From the IMG/VR virus record IMGVR_UViG_3300027710_000017, positions 29,085 through 93,084 of that record: 64,000 bases of DNA; one strand, given 5' to 3'. Shown piece by piece: positions 40,950-51,085 of the stretch. This stretch comes from a virus. Under the pieces are notes generated by a model. That model was not told where the DNA came from, searched no databases, and worked only from the letters and a program-made list of their open reading frames with translations. Within the stretch, counting starts at the first letter, position 1. The number at the start of each line of letters is the position of its first letter. A program made the position numbers and the translations under genes.

Positions 40950-40988
40950 AAAAATAATTATATCATGCCAAAGGGCACAAACGTTGAT

Positions 40989-41558
40989 TTACCAATCTAG
41001 CATTGCTCTAGCTTTGTCAAATGTGAGAAAGCTTGTTAGCGTGTATCGAATGTTTCCTTCTATTTTGGTTACCCCATGCATATGATCAGTGCTTGCTGGG
41101 TGAATGGCTAGCTTTCCTGGTTCGGGATTGATATAAAAATTATGCTGGGGATAAAAAGTATTGCCGCCCTTAAAATCATCATTTAAATAAATAACTATTC
41201 CATATTCTCTGTGCTTATGAAACTCAGAATGGCTGGTATTCTCCATATTATCTGAATGGGGGGGCTGCTCCATTCCTGGGAACCACCTAGTTAACTGAAG
41301 AAGATCTGCATAGATATCTTCGTTAATGGAGTAAGCCTCTTTTGCTATTTTTAAAATTTTTTCTTTAGTATTTTTTAAAACAATTCCCAAGGCTGTACTT
41401 TTTTGATTAATGTTATAAGCATTTATTACTCTGCCATCCCAAAAGCCTTCTCCTGGGCTTCCCCAAAGATCTGTGTTCTTGGCAAAACTTAAAATATCTG
41501 AAACTTCTTCTTTACTTAAGAAATTTGAAAACTCTTTTGCGTTTATCATTTCTACCAT
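40989..41558 (-). CDS. prolyl-4-hydroxylase-like 2OG-Fe(II) oxygenase
   Basis: PPHSD, YLNDDFKGG, HMHGV, RYT. Confidence 0.88.
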   Translation of the reverse strand: MVEMINAKEFSNFLSKEEVSDILSFAKNTDLWGSPGEGFWDGRVINAYNINQKSTALGIVLKNTKEKILKIAKEAYSINEDIYADLLQLTRWFPGMEQPPHSDNMENTSHSEFHKHREYGIVIYLNDDFKGGNTFYPQHNFYINPEPGKLAIHPASTDHMHGVTKIEGNIRYTLTSFLTFDKARAMLDW

Positions 41559-41788
41559 TTGTGTATTGGGCACACTGCTTTTTCTAGTTTTGTTTTAAGT
41601 TCCATAAAACACCCACACTTTTTGCATTGCTTTGTGGCATTGATCAATTCTGGACATGATTTACAGATAGAAAATCTCTCGTCAGAAATAGCCTTATCTA
41701 CATATTCGGTTTGTGGATTAATTAAATCCCACGGCCTAGTCTCTCCAAGATTTTGCTTCCATCTTGCCCAAGGTGATAAATCAGACAT
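41552..41788 (-). CDS. small Cys-rich protein
   Basis: CxxC...CxxCGC...CPxxKW; paralog of 48508..48705. Confidence 0.75.
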   Translation of the reverse strand: MSDLSPWARWKQNLGETRPWDLINPQTEYVDKAISDERFSICKSCPELINATKQCKKCGCFMELKTKLEKAVCPIHKW

Positions 41789-41994
41789 TATTCGCTCGGA
41801 GCTACAAAATTTTGACCATCATAGGTCCAGCCAAAATCGACACCTGGAACGTTTGTAGCCTCTACAACAGTTGGATTTGAGGATAGCCCAGCCCAAAATC
41901 TTTCATGATTTGCTGCAATTGATGGAACGTGAATAGTAGCAACCACATCTCCATCGACAACAAATGCAAAACTTCTTACTTCAGATTCACTCAT
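41788..41994 (-). CDS. small hypothetical protein (fibre-chaperone-like)
   Basis: FAFVVDGDV...GWTYDGQNF. Confidence 0.65.
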   Translation of the reverse strand: MSESEVRSFAFVVDGDVVATIHVPSIAANHERFWAGLSSNPTVVEATNVPGVDFGWTYDGQNFVAPSE

Positions 41995-42045
41995 AATACT
42001 CTCCTTATAAAAATTATATCATAACGGCGTGCTTGTCGCTACAAA

Positions 42046-42774
42046 CTATTCCACTACTAAGTTCTTCTTTATTTCTGAAAGAACGAGTTCCCGTATTCCA
42101 GACTTTTTGGCAAGGTCATATTTTTTACCCATTGCCCACCTTTTCCCGTATTTAATATGAGACTTAGAAAGCTCATCTGCAATAGCCGAAAGCCTTGGGC
42201 TGACAACATACCTTTGAAACTTAATTTTTTTATCTGTTTTAAACTCAAGATAGGCAAGTTCTTGATCCTCTTTAATAGAAATCAGCTCTGTGCTTTCTGG
42301 AATATGCCAATCAAGATTGGTTTGCCTATACCATTTCCCTATGTCAAAGGACCCAGGGGAAAATAGGGATCCGTCACAAATTCCCTTGGCTGGAAAATAT
42401 GGAGCTATAAGCTTCATTTCAACTGGCTCAGAAGCAAAAAACAACCAGCTCATGTTGTAGGTTACATTAATATGCTCTGGAAAACTTGTTTCTCTAGGTT
42501 GTGAAAAAAATATTTTAGACTCACCAAGGCTAGTATTTAGTTCTGAAAAGGCTGCACTGTTTATTTCAAACTCATCGTCAATATTGCTTTGGAGTGCAAA
42601 AGTATTACTCAATAAGCCACGTGTAGCTGGGCACATTGCAATACCTGCACCAGAAGTCTTGCTTTTTAAAAGTTTGTCCAAAATTGAAATTGGCTCAGAG
42701 TAGAGCAAGTCTGAAGACAGAGAAAAACTATTAAATGATCCTGGTGCCCAATAAATAGTTATTTCATCTGCCAT
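42046..42774 (-). CDS. hypothetical protein of oxygenase cassettes
   Basis: ORF with RBS AGGAG; CPA and PGSFDIGKWYR motifs. Confidence 0.7.
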   Translation of the reverse strand: MADEITIYWAPGSFNSFSLSSDLLYSEPISILDKLLKSKTSGAGIAMCPATRGLLSNTFALQSNIDDEFEINSAAFSELNTSLGESKIFFSQPRETSFPEHINVTYNMSWLFFASEPVEMKLIAPYFPAKGICDGSLFSPGSFDIGKWYRQTNLDWHIPESTELISIKEDQELAYLEFKTDKKIKFQRYVVSPRLSAIADELSKSHIKYGKRWAMGKKYDLAKKSGIRELVLSEIKKNLVVE

Positions 42775-42801
42775 GCTATCTCCTTGAGAAATTATAGCAC
42801 A

Positions 42802-43437
<636 letters not shown>

Positions 43438-43445
43438 TGCATCAC

Positions 43446-44078
43446 CTAGGCCTTAAGATCACCGATTAAGTGCCACTCATTTGTGCCAATTTTTGTTAGC
43501 ATTGCTCCAGAATATTGTGTAGAGATTCTTGCATTATTGTTCTTGCTTCTAATTGTTACACCAGATCCAGAAACAATTACAATGCTAACTTCTCCAGAGC
43601 CATACCTAACAACCTCAAGTCTTGATCCTACAGGAAGGGCTGCTGCAGAGTTAGCTGGAATAATTAGCTCTAAGTCTGAAGAGCTATTCATTTTAATCAT
43701 TTTGTTAGCGTCAGCAGCTGTGATTGTGTAGGACGAAGTCTTTTCATCTATGGAAATGTTTTTATAGTCTACCCAGGCTCCGCTGTGATAATACTGTATT
43801 TGATTAATTACATTACCATTAGCATCTTGACGAACAAATGCAACAATTCCGTTTGTCGGAGATGCTATTGCTGCATCTCTTGCTGTTGGATTTTGAAAAT
43901 TATTTACGCCTGCTTTTGCAGCTATCACAGAGTCGAAAGATACGCTTGTTGAAAAGGTGTGATCTCCAGTCCAATTATAGTCTGCCGATGTGCTAGCAAG
44001 TCCTGCTGTTGGATACCAGGTATCAGTTCCAGAATCATATATGTAAGCTACCTTTGAGGCAGAAGAAAAAGTTGTCAT
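43446..44078 (-). CDS. fibre adaptor protein
   Basis: C-terminal ...WHLIGDLKA domain homologous to C-terminus of 34851..36428; ATGA overlap start. Confidence 0.7.
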   Translation of the reverse strand: MTTFSSASKVAYIYDSGTDTWYPTAGLASTSADYNWTGDHTFSTSVSFDSVIAAKAGVNNFQNPTARDAAIASPTNGIVAFVRQDANGNVINQIQYYHSGAWVDYKNISIDEKTSSYTITAADANKMIKMNSSSDLELIIPANSAAALPVGSRLEVVRYGSGEVSIVIVSGSGVTIRSKNNNARISTQYSGAMLTKIGTNEWHLIGDLKA

Positions 44079-44800
44079 GCCTGATAACTCCAAACCTGGT
44101 AATCTCCAGTATCAAAGTTTCCTGTATCAGATAGGGTTAGCTGCACCGAAGTGATTGCGTTCGTATTTTTGTAATATCCAAAGTATGGACCGTCAGAAGT
44201 ATCTGCGATAGTAGCTACTGGCTTTAAGAAAGCGGCAGTGCTTGCAAGATCAACTTCAATAGTTAAATCTTGGGTTGCTGTATTAGGAAAAGTTGGGGAA
44301 GCTAATGCTGAAGCAGAAATTAATCCTCCAGTATTGGTGTAGTTAGGACCTGAGTCAGAATTAAATCTGACAAGCAATCCTAGTTCGGTCCCAGTATTTG
44401 AGTGACCCCAGTCCTTTAAAACAACATAAAATTTTTCTCCAGAGATTCCAGAAACAGAGACAGATGAGCCAGACAATGACCCAGAACTAATTAGCTTCCA
44501 TGTTGGATTTTCAATAATTGGGACTACGCTGTCGGAGTCTACCCAGATGAAGCCATCTTCTGGAGATGTTGGCTCTGTGGAAGAGTATTCTGATCCAATA
44601 CCAGTAGTCTCTACAGAATCTAGTCTTGTGTCTAAAGCCTTAATGTGTCCAGCAACAGAATTTGCAATTAATGCGCTTTCATTTGTTGGAACAGTTGTAG
44701 TACCATAATGGTAGAGCTTTAAAGCTGCCTGTATGTCGGCAGCATCGTCATACCCTGGAATTTGTGTTGGGTATACAGAGCCAATACTCTCAGAAGCCAT
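44075..44800 (-). CDS. virion structural/fibre protein
   Basis: IPGYDDAADIQ, GFIWVDSD, AITSVQL motifs. Confidence 0.65.
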   Translation of the reverse strand: MASESIGSVYPTQIPGYDDAADIQAALKLYHYGTTTVPTNESALIANSVAGHIKALDTRLDSVETTGIGSEYSSTEPTSPEDGFIWVDSDSVVPIIENPTWKLISSGSLSGSSVSVSGISGEKFYVVLKDWGHSNTGTELGLLVRFNSDSGPNYTNTGGLISASALASPTFPNTATQDLTIEVDLASTAAFLKPVATIADTSDGPYFGYYKNTNAITSVQLTLSDTGNFDTGDYQVWSYQA

Positions 44801-44819
44801 AAACTATCACCAATTCAAA

Positions 44820-45398
44820 TTATACCACAGTAATCAGAAGGTGAATTGTTTTTTGCCCAGAGAGGGTTCCCCAAGATTCTGAACTATATTCAATTGCTTC
44901 AATTGATATTGGCAGAACTGACTCGTCTCCTGATACTACAACCTCAGAAACAGTTGTAGCGACAGAAACTGGGTTTTCGTTAATAACATTTACCTGGACA
45001 TTAAAGTTTTCTGCTGGAATGTCTCCAACAAGTCCTTCTGGAACAATAAGAGAAACTGGAACGTTTATAGACGCACTCCCATCGACAAACGTCCTTGCAA
45101 AATTTTGACTATAAGTATTAGTGGTCAATTTAAAAATTTTAACCCAAGATGGAACACCGCCGTCTGCCGAGATATACTGGTATAAAAACTGATACTCATC
45201 GTCTGAGGCTAAGGCATTTATGTATGTGTCATATGGCTTTAGGTCTTCTGGAAGTGTTGAGTTTTCGTCTGGCTTGCCTAGACCATAAAATATTAAACTT
45301 CCACGGTCGCCCTTTGGGCCAAGGTCAACATCCACACTTATCTCAGCTGGGCCACCAAGCACCACTAGATCATCCGAAGATAGCAGGACCTCAGCCAT
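44820..45398 (-). CDS. structural protein with short collagen-like motif
   Basis: GPKGDRGS. Confidence 0.6.
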   Translation of the reverse strand: MAEVLLSSDDLVVLGGPAEISVDVDLGPKGDRGSLIFYGLGKPDENSTLPEDLKPYDTYINALASDDEYQFLYQYISADGGVPSWVKIFKLTTNTYSQNFARTFVDGSASINVPVSLIVPEGLVGDIPAENFNVQVNVINENPVSVATTVSEVVVSGDESVLPISIEAIEYSSESWGTLSGQKTIHLLITVV

Positions 45399-45757
45399 TA
45401 GTCGCCAGACATCCTAGTAACATCTGCACGAACAGTAACGTCACCCGTCAAAAGTGTATAAATTTTATCTGCTGATCCAGCTACTGGCTTCTTAATTTGA
45501 ACATCGTAAACGTAGCTGGTGCCTGCGGTAAGAGTTTTTCCTACACCACCAGGAATTTTGCAAACAATTGCATTATCTACAATTTCAGCAAGGCACTCAA
45601 ATTGAGTAGCGCCTGACCCACGTGCAGTTGCAATAAAAAACTTAGTGGAATAGCCAGTCAGATCAAAGGCTGAGCCATTGGTTGTTTTGGGGTAGATGTT
45701 AAACTCATACAGGTCACCCTGATAGTATCGAATATTGTAATTTCCTGGAAATGCCAT
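45398..45757 (-). CDS. BppU-like Ig-fold structural protein
   Basis: YQGD...FDLTGY...YVYDVQ...G...DVT; leaderless start. Confidence 0.65.
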   Translation of the reverse strand: MAFPGNYNIRYYQGDLYEFNIYPKTTNGSAFDLTGYSTKFFIATARGSGATQFECLAEIVDNAIVCKIPGGVGKTLTAGTSYVYDVQIKKPVAGSADKIYTLLTGDVTVRADVTRMSGD

Positions 45758-45775
45758 ATCCATATTATAGCATGA

Positions 45776-46480
45776 CTAAGAGACGGAAATGCCAATTGAT
45801 TGCATCTCAACTAAGGCATCAAGGTCTGTTCTAATTTGTGGCACGGCACCACCAAGTCGAATAAGGTCATTCTCTATATAAAATTTTTGAGTGATTGACA
45901 TGTCGTACTCAAACTGATACTTTAGCGTTCCAGCAAAAGTTATTACAGATGTCTCTGAATTTGGGAAATATGTCCTGACCCATAGCTCAGTATTACTAGA
46001 CAATGTCTCAATTGAAAAGTTATAAGTCACACTAACCTGGGACCCTATGGCTAAGCCCCTGAGGTTTATCCTTTTGGATTCATTATTATAAAAACTAGCA
46101 GTATTTCTTGGCATATAAGCCTCTAGGTCTTTTGTCTTGTCTGAGTTTATAGAAACCTGAACCCAACCGTCTATTCCCCTATCGCCGCCAAGTTTGATTT
46201 GCTGCGGACTCTTGCTAAAGTATTTAGCCCAGCCTGCGTCTTGTTCATAAACTGGAAGATAGGTCTTTCCATCTTTTCCAGGAGCACCCTTTGGACCTGG
46301 CTCTCCACGATCACCCTTTTCACCACGCTCGCCTATTGGCCCTCTGTCGCCTTTGAGGCCTTGGGGACCTGGCACTGCGATATAAAAAGATTCGACTTCC
46401 TGCTTTTGAACTTGCTCTGCTAATTTAGCGTAGTTGGGCTTTTTATTAGATGGGAAGTCCATGCTTTTACTGATGGCCAC
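45776..46480 (-). CDS. collagen-repeat protein
   Basis: About 11 Gly-X-Y triplets GPQGLKGDRGPIGERGEKGDRGEPGPKGAPGKDG. Confidence 0.8.
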   Translation of the reverse strand: MAISKSMDFPSNKKPNYAKLAEQVQKQEVESFYIAVPGPQGLKGDRGPIGERGEKGDRGEPGPKGAPGKDGKTYLPVYEQDAGWAKYFSKSPQQIKLGGDRGIDGWVQVSINSDKTKDLEAYMPRNTASFYNNESKRINLRGLAIGSQVSVTYNFSIETLSSNTELWVRTYFPNSETSVITFAGTLKYQFEYDMSITQKFYIENDLIRLGGAVPQIRTDLDALVEMQSIGISVS

Positions 46481-46488
46481 TAAGACTC

Positions 46489-46575
46489 CTACTTTGTTGT
46501 TTTAAAAATCTTTCCAGCAACCTTGATTACTGGAGGTATTACAGGAATATTGTTAGAAATTTTTATAACTGGCAT
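46489..46575 (-). CDS. 28-aa micro-protein MPVIKISNNIPVIPPVIKVAGKIFKTTK
   Basis: ATG overlaps upstream stop (TAATG) and the ORF fills the gap. Confidence 0.55.
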   Translation of the reverse strand: MPVIKISNNIPVIPPVIKVAGKIFKTTK

Positions 46576-46949
46576 TATAGACTTCCCGACACGTCACCGA
46601 ATACGGTTATTGTTCCAATTAGCGGTGTCCATACCAGACCATCTACAACAACCTGTAGATCGAAAGCAAGCTCTGCCACTGTAGAAGTATAGCCAGCTCC
46701 CCAGAATTCAGTAATCTCAGATGGTGCAGTAATGACCACATAGCCATTTCCAGCCTCTACTTGCAGCTCATCAAGAATATCGCCACGGAAGTCGTAGCTG
46801 GTAGCGGTAAATTCCCAATCGGAAGTATCGAATGAAGTAGATTCGTCGTTTTCGTAGAAATCTACCCTAAGTGAGGCGGTATCGCCTCTAACTACCTGCC
46901 ATTTAACATTTGCAGGATTAGCACCAAAAATTTCAGGAGAGCAAGACAT
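46575..46949 (-). CDS. BppU-like Ig-fold structural protein
   Basis: VRGDT...FDLQ...GTITVFGDV; leaderless start. Confidence 0.6.
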   Translation of the reverse strand: MSCSPEIFGANPANVKWQVVRGDTASLRVDFYENDESTSFDTSDWEFTATSYDFRGDILDELQVEAGNGYVVITAPSEITEFWGAGYTSTVAELAFDLQVVVDGLVWTPLIGTITVFGDVSGSL

Positions 46950-46971
46950 ATTAATATTATACATACCAATA

Positions 46972-47030
46972 TAAACAAAAAGCTAGTACCTGAAGCGGTG
47001 GGTATGAGAGACTCACTTCAAGTACTAGCC
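46972..47030 (-). ncRNA. candidate small hairpin RNA
   Basis: TGATATAAT at 47036-47044, long stem 46982-47029, then U-tract; no ORF. Confidence 0.5.
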
Positions 47031-47086
47031 TAATTATTATATCAAAGAAAATAAATTAAATTGTAAAAGTCAGGAAAGTAAAGGGT

Positions 47087-47266
47087 TGTTATACAAAGTT
47101 TATAAAATCGTTATATAAGAGTTATAGAAATTTGCCTACTTTACGAACAAAAATCTGGTAGGATGTATATATTAATATATTACTTTATATCTTTAATTCT
47201 TATATATATTATATATATTAGCTTTATATCTAGATATCTTATATATTATATATAGTAGATTATAGA
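47087..47266. repeat. four GTTAT/TTTAT 11-bp-period repeats plus very AT-rich tract (origin candidate)
   Basis: gttatacaaag tttataaaatc gttatataaga gttatag followed by about 100 bp of (AT)n-rich DNA. Confidence 0.45.
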
Positions 47267-47533
47267 TTATTTGCTATTAGAAGACAAGTGATCAATTAAC
47301 GTGTCAAATATCTTGTCTATCTTGGTTTCAAGCTTATTGTGTTGAGAATCCATTTTTTTCTCAAGCTCGCCCTGTTTTGATTCAAGTCTGGTTATTTGAT
47401 CTTTCATACTAGATCCACTATTTGGTCTTAGCTCATCGAGATAGTGTTTTACGAGCCAACGGATAAACATCGCTACTGATGTTATGATTGTTATAATTCC
47501 TACTGCTACAGCAACCCAAGATTCTACTGACAT
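47267..47533 (-). CDS. membrane protein (holin/lysis-associated type)
   Basis: One N-terminal TM helix, LRPNSGSSMKD motif and coiled coil. Confidence 0.65.
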   Translation of the reverse strand: MSVESWVAVAVGIITIITSVAMFIRWLVKHYLDELRPNSGSSMKDQITRLESKQGELEKKMDSQHNKLETKIDKIFDTLIDHLSSNSK

Positions 47534-47565
47534 AATAGAATAATTATACATATATTTTTTTACAT

Positions 47566-48162
47566 TTATAGCTTCCAGAACGGATATTCTGTTACCCAAA
47601 CTGGCAATGAGTAGCGATCTTCAGAAATTTCATTTACGGTATGTAAATACTGTGGTGGTCTTGATGGAAATACAACTAAGTCACCTGGCTCTGGAGTATA
47701 TTTATGACCTAATTTGGTAAACTTTAGTTCTCCACCACTCTTCATTTTATTAAGATAGATTACTCCACCATATTTTAATTGCATGTTTGCACCGCCGTCG
47801 TTATCTACATGCTCTTCTATTTTGCCACCAGCGACTTGTTTTGCAAGATAAAACGCACAGACCATTAAGTCTTTTTTATTTTTATAAACTTCTTTTACAC
47901 TTGCTTCAATTCTTGGGAAGAGGTCGGATCTAAGCATTGGCTCAATATCCTTGATTTTTTCTAACGTCAGATCTGACTTTTCTTTACGATATCCATCTTT
48001 TCCAAACATAAGGACTTTGCGCTCAAACTTAGCGCCATTCCACTCTTTAAGCATGTCGTCAATATTATCTATATAATCAATAAAAAATTTAGTTTCTTCT
48101 GGAGACAGAAAGTTTTTAATAACTTTTATCTCTTCGATTCCCATATCTTCTTCAAATTTCAT
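47566..48162 (-). CDS. prolyl-4-hydroxylase-like 2OG-Fe(II) oxygenase
   Basis: EHVD, IYLN..GGEL, PGDLVVFPS, LHTV, RYS. Confidence 0.88.
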   Translation of the reverse strand: MKFEEDMGIEEIKVIKNFLSPEETKFFIDYIDNIDDMLKEWNGAKFERKVLMFGKDGYRKEKSDLTLEKIKDIEPMLRSDLFPRIEASVKEVYKNKKDLMVCAFYLAKQVAGGKIEEHVDNDGGANMQLKYGGVIYLNKMKSGGELKFTKLGHKYTPEPGDLVVFPSRPPQYLHTVNEISEDRYSLPVWVTEYPFWKL

Positions 48163-48207
48163 ATAATTAGTATACCACAGCAGCCTATTTAGTGATATAA
48201 TTGAAAA

Positions 48208-48399
48208 ATGACAAAAGATGAGCTTGTTGAGATTATGTCCAATTCAGTCGAAGAAACAAATAAAAAGCTCATAACCAATATAAAGACTCCGCCCGAAGTT
48301 TATGAAGAGTCGCTAAAATGGAACAGACCCAGCCTGGACTATATAAACGAAATGATAGTTGAAGAGCTAGTTCGACGAAAAATAGTTTCGGTCGAATAA
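48208..48399 (+). CDS. small helical protein
   Basis: Leaderless start after TGATATAAT; paralog of 48705 gene. Confidence 0.7.
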   Translation: MTKDELVEIMSNSVEETNKKLITNIKTPPEVYEESLKWNRPSLDYINEMIVEELVRRKIVSVE

Positions 48400-48507
48400 A
48401 GCTCGATTTTAAATTCGGCGGAATATAGAGATACCAATGCACCCAAACCCACAATATGTGATATATGTGCAATATTTCTAATAACCGAAATATGGTATAA
48501 TTTTCCT

Positions 48508-48705
48508 ATGGGAGACGTCACTTTCTTTGATCTTTTTGATCCAAACCAGCCTAGGTCTGATAAGGAACTTATCGAATCCCGCCTAGCCATATGCAATACA
48601 TGTGAGTGGTTTGATAAGCGCATGGTTAAATGTCGCAAATGTGGCTGTTTTATGAAATTAAAAAGTACGCTTAAACAGGCGGAATGTCCGATTGGTAAAT
48701 GGTAA
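48508..48705 (+). CDS. small Cys-rich protein
   Basis: CxxC..CxxCGC..CPIGKW; leaderless after TGGTATAAT. Confidence 0.8.
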   Translation: MGDVTFFDLFDPNQPRSDKELIESRLAICNTCEWFDKRMVKCRKCGCFMKLKSTLKQAECPIGKW

Positions 48706-48893
48706 TGTATAAAGATGAAGTAGTGGCATTAATGACAAATGCTGTCAACGAGATGAATAGACTAAGAGCTATTCAAATGGGTATTCATTCTGCTGGCATT
48801 GAAGATAGTATTCAGGGTATGCAGGAAGAACTAAATCATGTCAATAGTATGTTATATGACACACTAGTAGACAATGGAGTTATAAGGACTTAA
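48705..48893 (+). CDS. small helical protein
   Basis: MYKDEVV paralog of MTKDELV. Confidence 0.7.
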   Translation: MYKDEVVALMTNAVNEMNRLRAIQMGIHSAGIEDSIQGMQEELNHVNSMLYDTLVDNGVIRT

Positions 48894-48971
48894 AGTCTTT
48901 ATTCAGGCTGTGGAGTTTGTTTTCCACATGTACAATTACCGTTACACATGGTTATATGATACACTATAATT

Positions 48972-49631
48972 ATGAGTGATGTTATTGATTTTAAACCCTT
49001 TGTAACCAAAGACTTTCTACCCCAAGAAATTTACGATGTAGTATATGATGCTGTAAATTCTCAAATTTCTAAGAATCTAGCAGAAGGAAAAGAGGCCTAT
49101 GCTGAACCTTTTGTAAAGGCTGGATCTAATGGATTTATTATCCTTTTTGAGTGTGTTCCAGATAGTGTATATGCCTTTTTAAAAGAAAAGATCTCAGAAG
49201 CTGTTGGATTTGAGATAGCTACTCCTGGATTGCTTTTTGCTAGATATACACACGATTCAGGATATGCCCCTAGATTATTACCACATGCAGATAGGGCTGT
49301 AAAAACTCAAGCCATTACTATGACAGTTGAGCTAGATTCTACTCTAGATTGGGATATTTATATTGAACATGACAGATACCAGCTAGAAAAGAATGATGCA
49401 ATATTCTTCTCTGGATCTCATCAAACACACTTTAGGCCATACCAAAAATTTGAAAAAGATGATTACTACGATATTTTACTGATTCAGACAGCAATCGATT
49501 TACCAGATCAGGATGAGATTACAGAAGAAAACCACTTCCAGTATATGGACAAGAGAGCTGGAGACTTTATCGTAAAGTATAAGGACCTTCTAGAACAGTC
49601 TTTAGATGATAGAGGAGACTTGCGTAATTGA
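48972..49631 (+). CDS. 2OG-Fe(II) oxygenase
   Basis: LPHAD, HQTHFRP. Confidence 0.78.
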   Translation: MSDVIDFKPFVTKDFLPQEIYDVVYDAVNSQISKNLAEGKEAYAEPFVKAGSNGFIILFECVPDSVYAFLKEKISEAVGFEIATPGLLFARYTHDSGYAPRLLPHADRAVKTQAITMTVELDSTLDWDIYIEHDRYQLEKNDAIFFSGSHQTHFRPYQKFEKDDYYDILLIQTAIDLPDQDEITEENHFQYMDKRAGDFIVKYKDLLEQSLDDRGDLRN

Positions 49632-50251
49632 TTAACTTATTAGAGCTAAAGCCTTTTGTTATCAAGAACGTTCTTTCTGAAGAAGAGTATTCCTATGTCT
49701 ATGATTGTGTTAATAAGGGCTTTCCAGAAGAGATCAAACCTGATCTACCCTCAGATAATAGAGAATATCCAGAATACTTGAATGTTCCAGATCTTGGATA
49801 CCTGGCTTATATTAAAGGTTTTAGTGAAGACTTTAAAAAATCTATAAAAAATACTTTAGAAAATAGCTTAGGAATTCCACTATCTTTACCAGATATCCAC
49901 TTTGCCAGATACACTAGCAAAACTGGACATAAGCCAACTTTAAAACCACATTATGACATAGGCGTTAGACATCCATCAGTAACTATCTCTATTCAAATGG
50001 ACACTACTCTGGATTGGGATTTACATGCATACGATGGGTCTGCTACCCTTTCAAAAAATGAAGCTATGGTGTTTTCAGGATCACACCAAGTCCATTGGAG
50101 ACCTCCAAAAGACTTCTCTGAGGATGACTACTTTGACATTATGGTGTGCCAGCTAGCAGTTAGCGATGAGATCTTGTCTGAAGATCATGCAGAATATATG
50201 TCTATTATTAATGCAGCTGCAGGTGCTGACTATTCCGCTAGATATATGTAA
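49628..50251 (+). CDS. 2OG-Fe(II) oxygenase (paralog of upstream gene)
   Basis: KPHYD, HQVHWRP. Confidence 0.78.
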   Translation: MINLLELKPFVIKNVLSEEEYSYVYDCVNKGFPEEIKPDLPSDNREYPEYLNVPDLGYLAYIKGFSEDFKKSIKNTLENSLGIPLSLPDIHFARYTSKTGHKPTLKPHYDIGVRHPSVTISIQMDTTLDWDLHAYDGSATLSKNEAMVFSGSHQVHWRPPKDFSEDDYFDIMVCQLAVSDEILSEDHAEYMSIINAAAGADYSARYM

Positions 50252-50335
50252 ATCTGAAAAAATTTTTAAAATAGCCAAAATCTGAATATTTTACAATTAT
50301 GTATGATACATAAAAGAAATAAAAAAACAACTTTA

Positions 50336-50361
50336 TTTTAGTGAGCACACACTCGCTAAAA
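50336..50361. terminator. bidirectional terminator between convergent units
   Basis: TTTTAGTGAG-cacaca-CTCGCTAAAA hairpin with A/T tracts. Confidence 0.45.
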
Positions 50362-50411
50362 AAAATAAACACTAGTGCCAGCTTTTTACTGAACACTAGT
50401 GCCACCTTTTT

Positions 50412-50630
50412 CTATGCGACTACGCCGACAGTTGCCCAAAATTCTTTTGAGCTAGGGTCATAGCTATTGCCAGATACTCTAACCGCATACACGAATCCAC
50501 TTGGAAAGTGAACATCACCTCTAGGCTTAGCCTCTAGAATAGTTCCCCAACCTGTTCTAGCAGTTGAGTGATACTCCTTGCCCAATAGCAATTCTCCAAT
50601 AGTGTTGATTTCCATTTTTAGTTTATACAT
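50412..50630 (-). CDS. small SH3-like early protein
   Basis: ORF with RBS; GTI.E...VRV...WATV resembles 54321 ORF. Confidence 0.6.
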   Translation of the reverse strand: MYKLKMEINTIGELLLGKEYHSTARTGWGTILEAKPRGDVHFPSGFVYAVRVSGNSYDPSSKEFWATVGVVA

Positions 50631-50632
50631 TT

Positions 50633-50812
50633 CTATCTTGCCTTTCTAATAACATTTTCATTGTAGTAATTCATAACCTCTTGGACTGCCTCAACGCCGT
50701 GAACAAGTTTCATTAGTTCGTATTCTTGTTCCGCATCTTCTATCTCTTGGCGGTCGTCGCCTTGATTAGCTATGTGATAAGCGGATACCGCTTTATAGAT
50801 TTCTGGATTCAT
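50633..50812 (-). CDS. 59-aa hypothetical early protein
   Basis: Manual translation MNPEIYKAV...; RBS AGAAAGGA. Confidence 0.65.
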   Translation of the reverse strand: MNPEIYKAVSAYHIANQGDDRQEIEDAEQEYELMKLVHGVEAVQEVMNYYNENVIRKAR

Positions 50813-50825
50813 AATCTATTCCTTT

Positions 50826-51035
50826 CTACTTGATAATGCTTAGTTTGTTTAGTGATTCTAGTGTTCCTGCGAACAATTCATCAAAACTGTTTTTAGACTT
50901 TCTAATCTCGCCACACTTGACTAGGTCGTGATTAGCTTTCCACGCTTTAGCATCAAGGTAGTAGCTAACAAAAGTTTCCTGTTCATACTCGCAATTTGAG
51001 CAACGGGTCTTGCGATACATTGTTGTTTTAGTCAT
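50826..51035 (-). CDS. small Zn-binding early protein
   Basis: CSNC...H...C; RBS AGAAAAGGA. Confidence 0.7.
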   Translation of the reverse strand: MTKTTMYRKTRCSNCEYEQETFVSYYLDAKAWKANHDLVKCGEIRKSKNSFDELFAGTLESLNKLSIIK

Positions 51036-51062
51036 AATTTATCTTCCTTTTCTAATAATCTA

Positions 51063-51084
51063 AACTTAGCATAACCTACCGACA
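51063..51084 (-). promoter_or_regulatory. PafBC/RecA-NDp-type promoter
   Basis: TGTCGG-N10-TAAGTT. Confidence 0.75.
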
Positions 51085-51085
51085 T

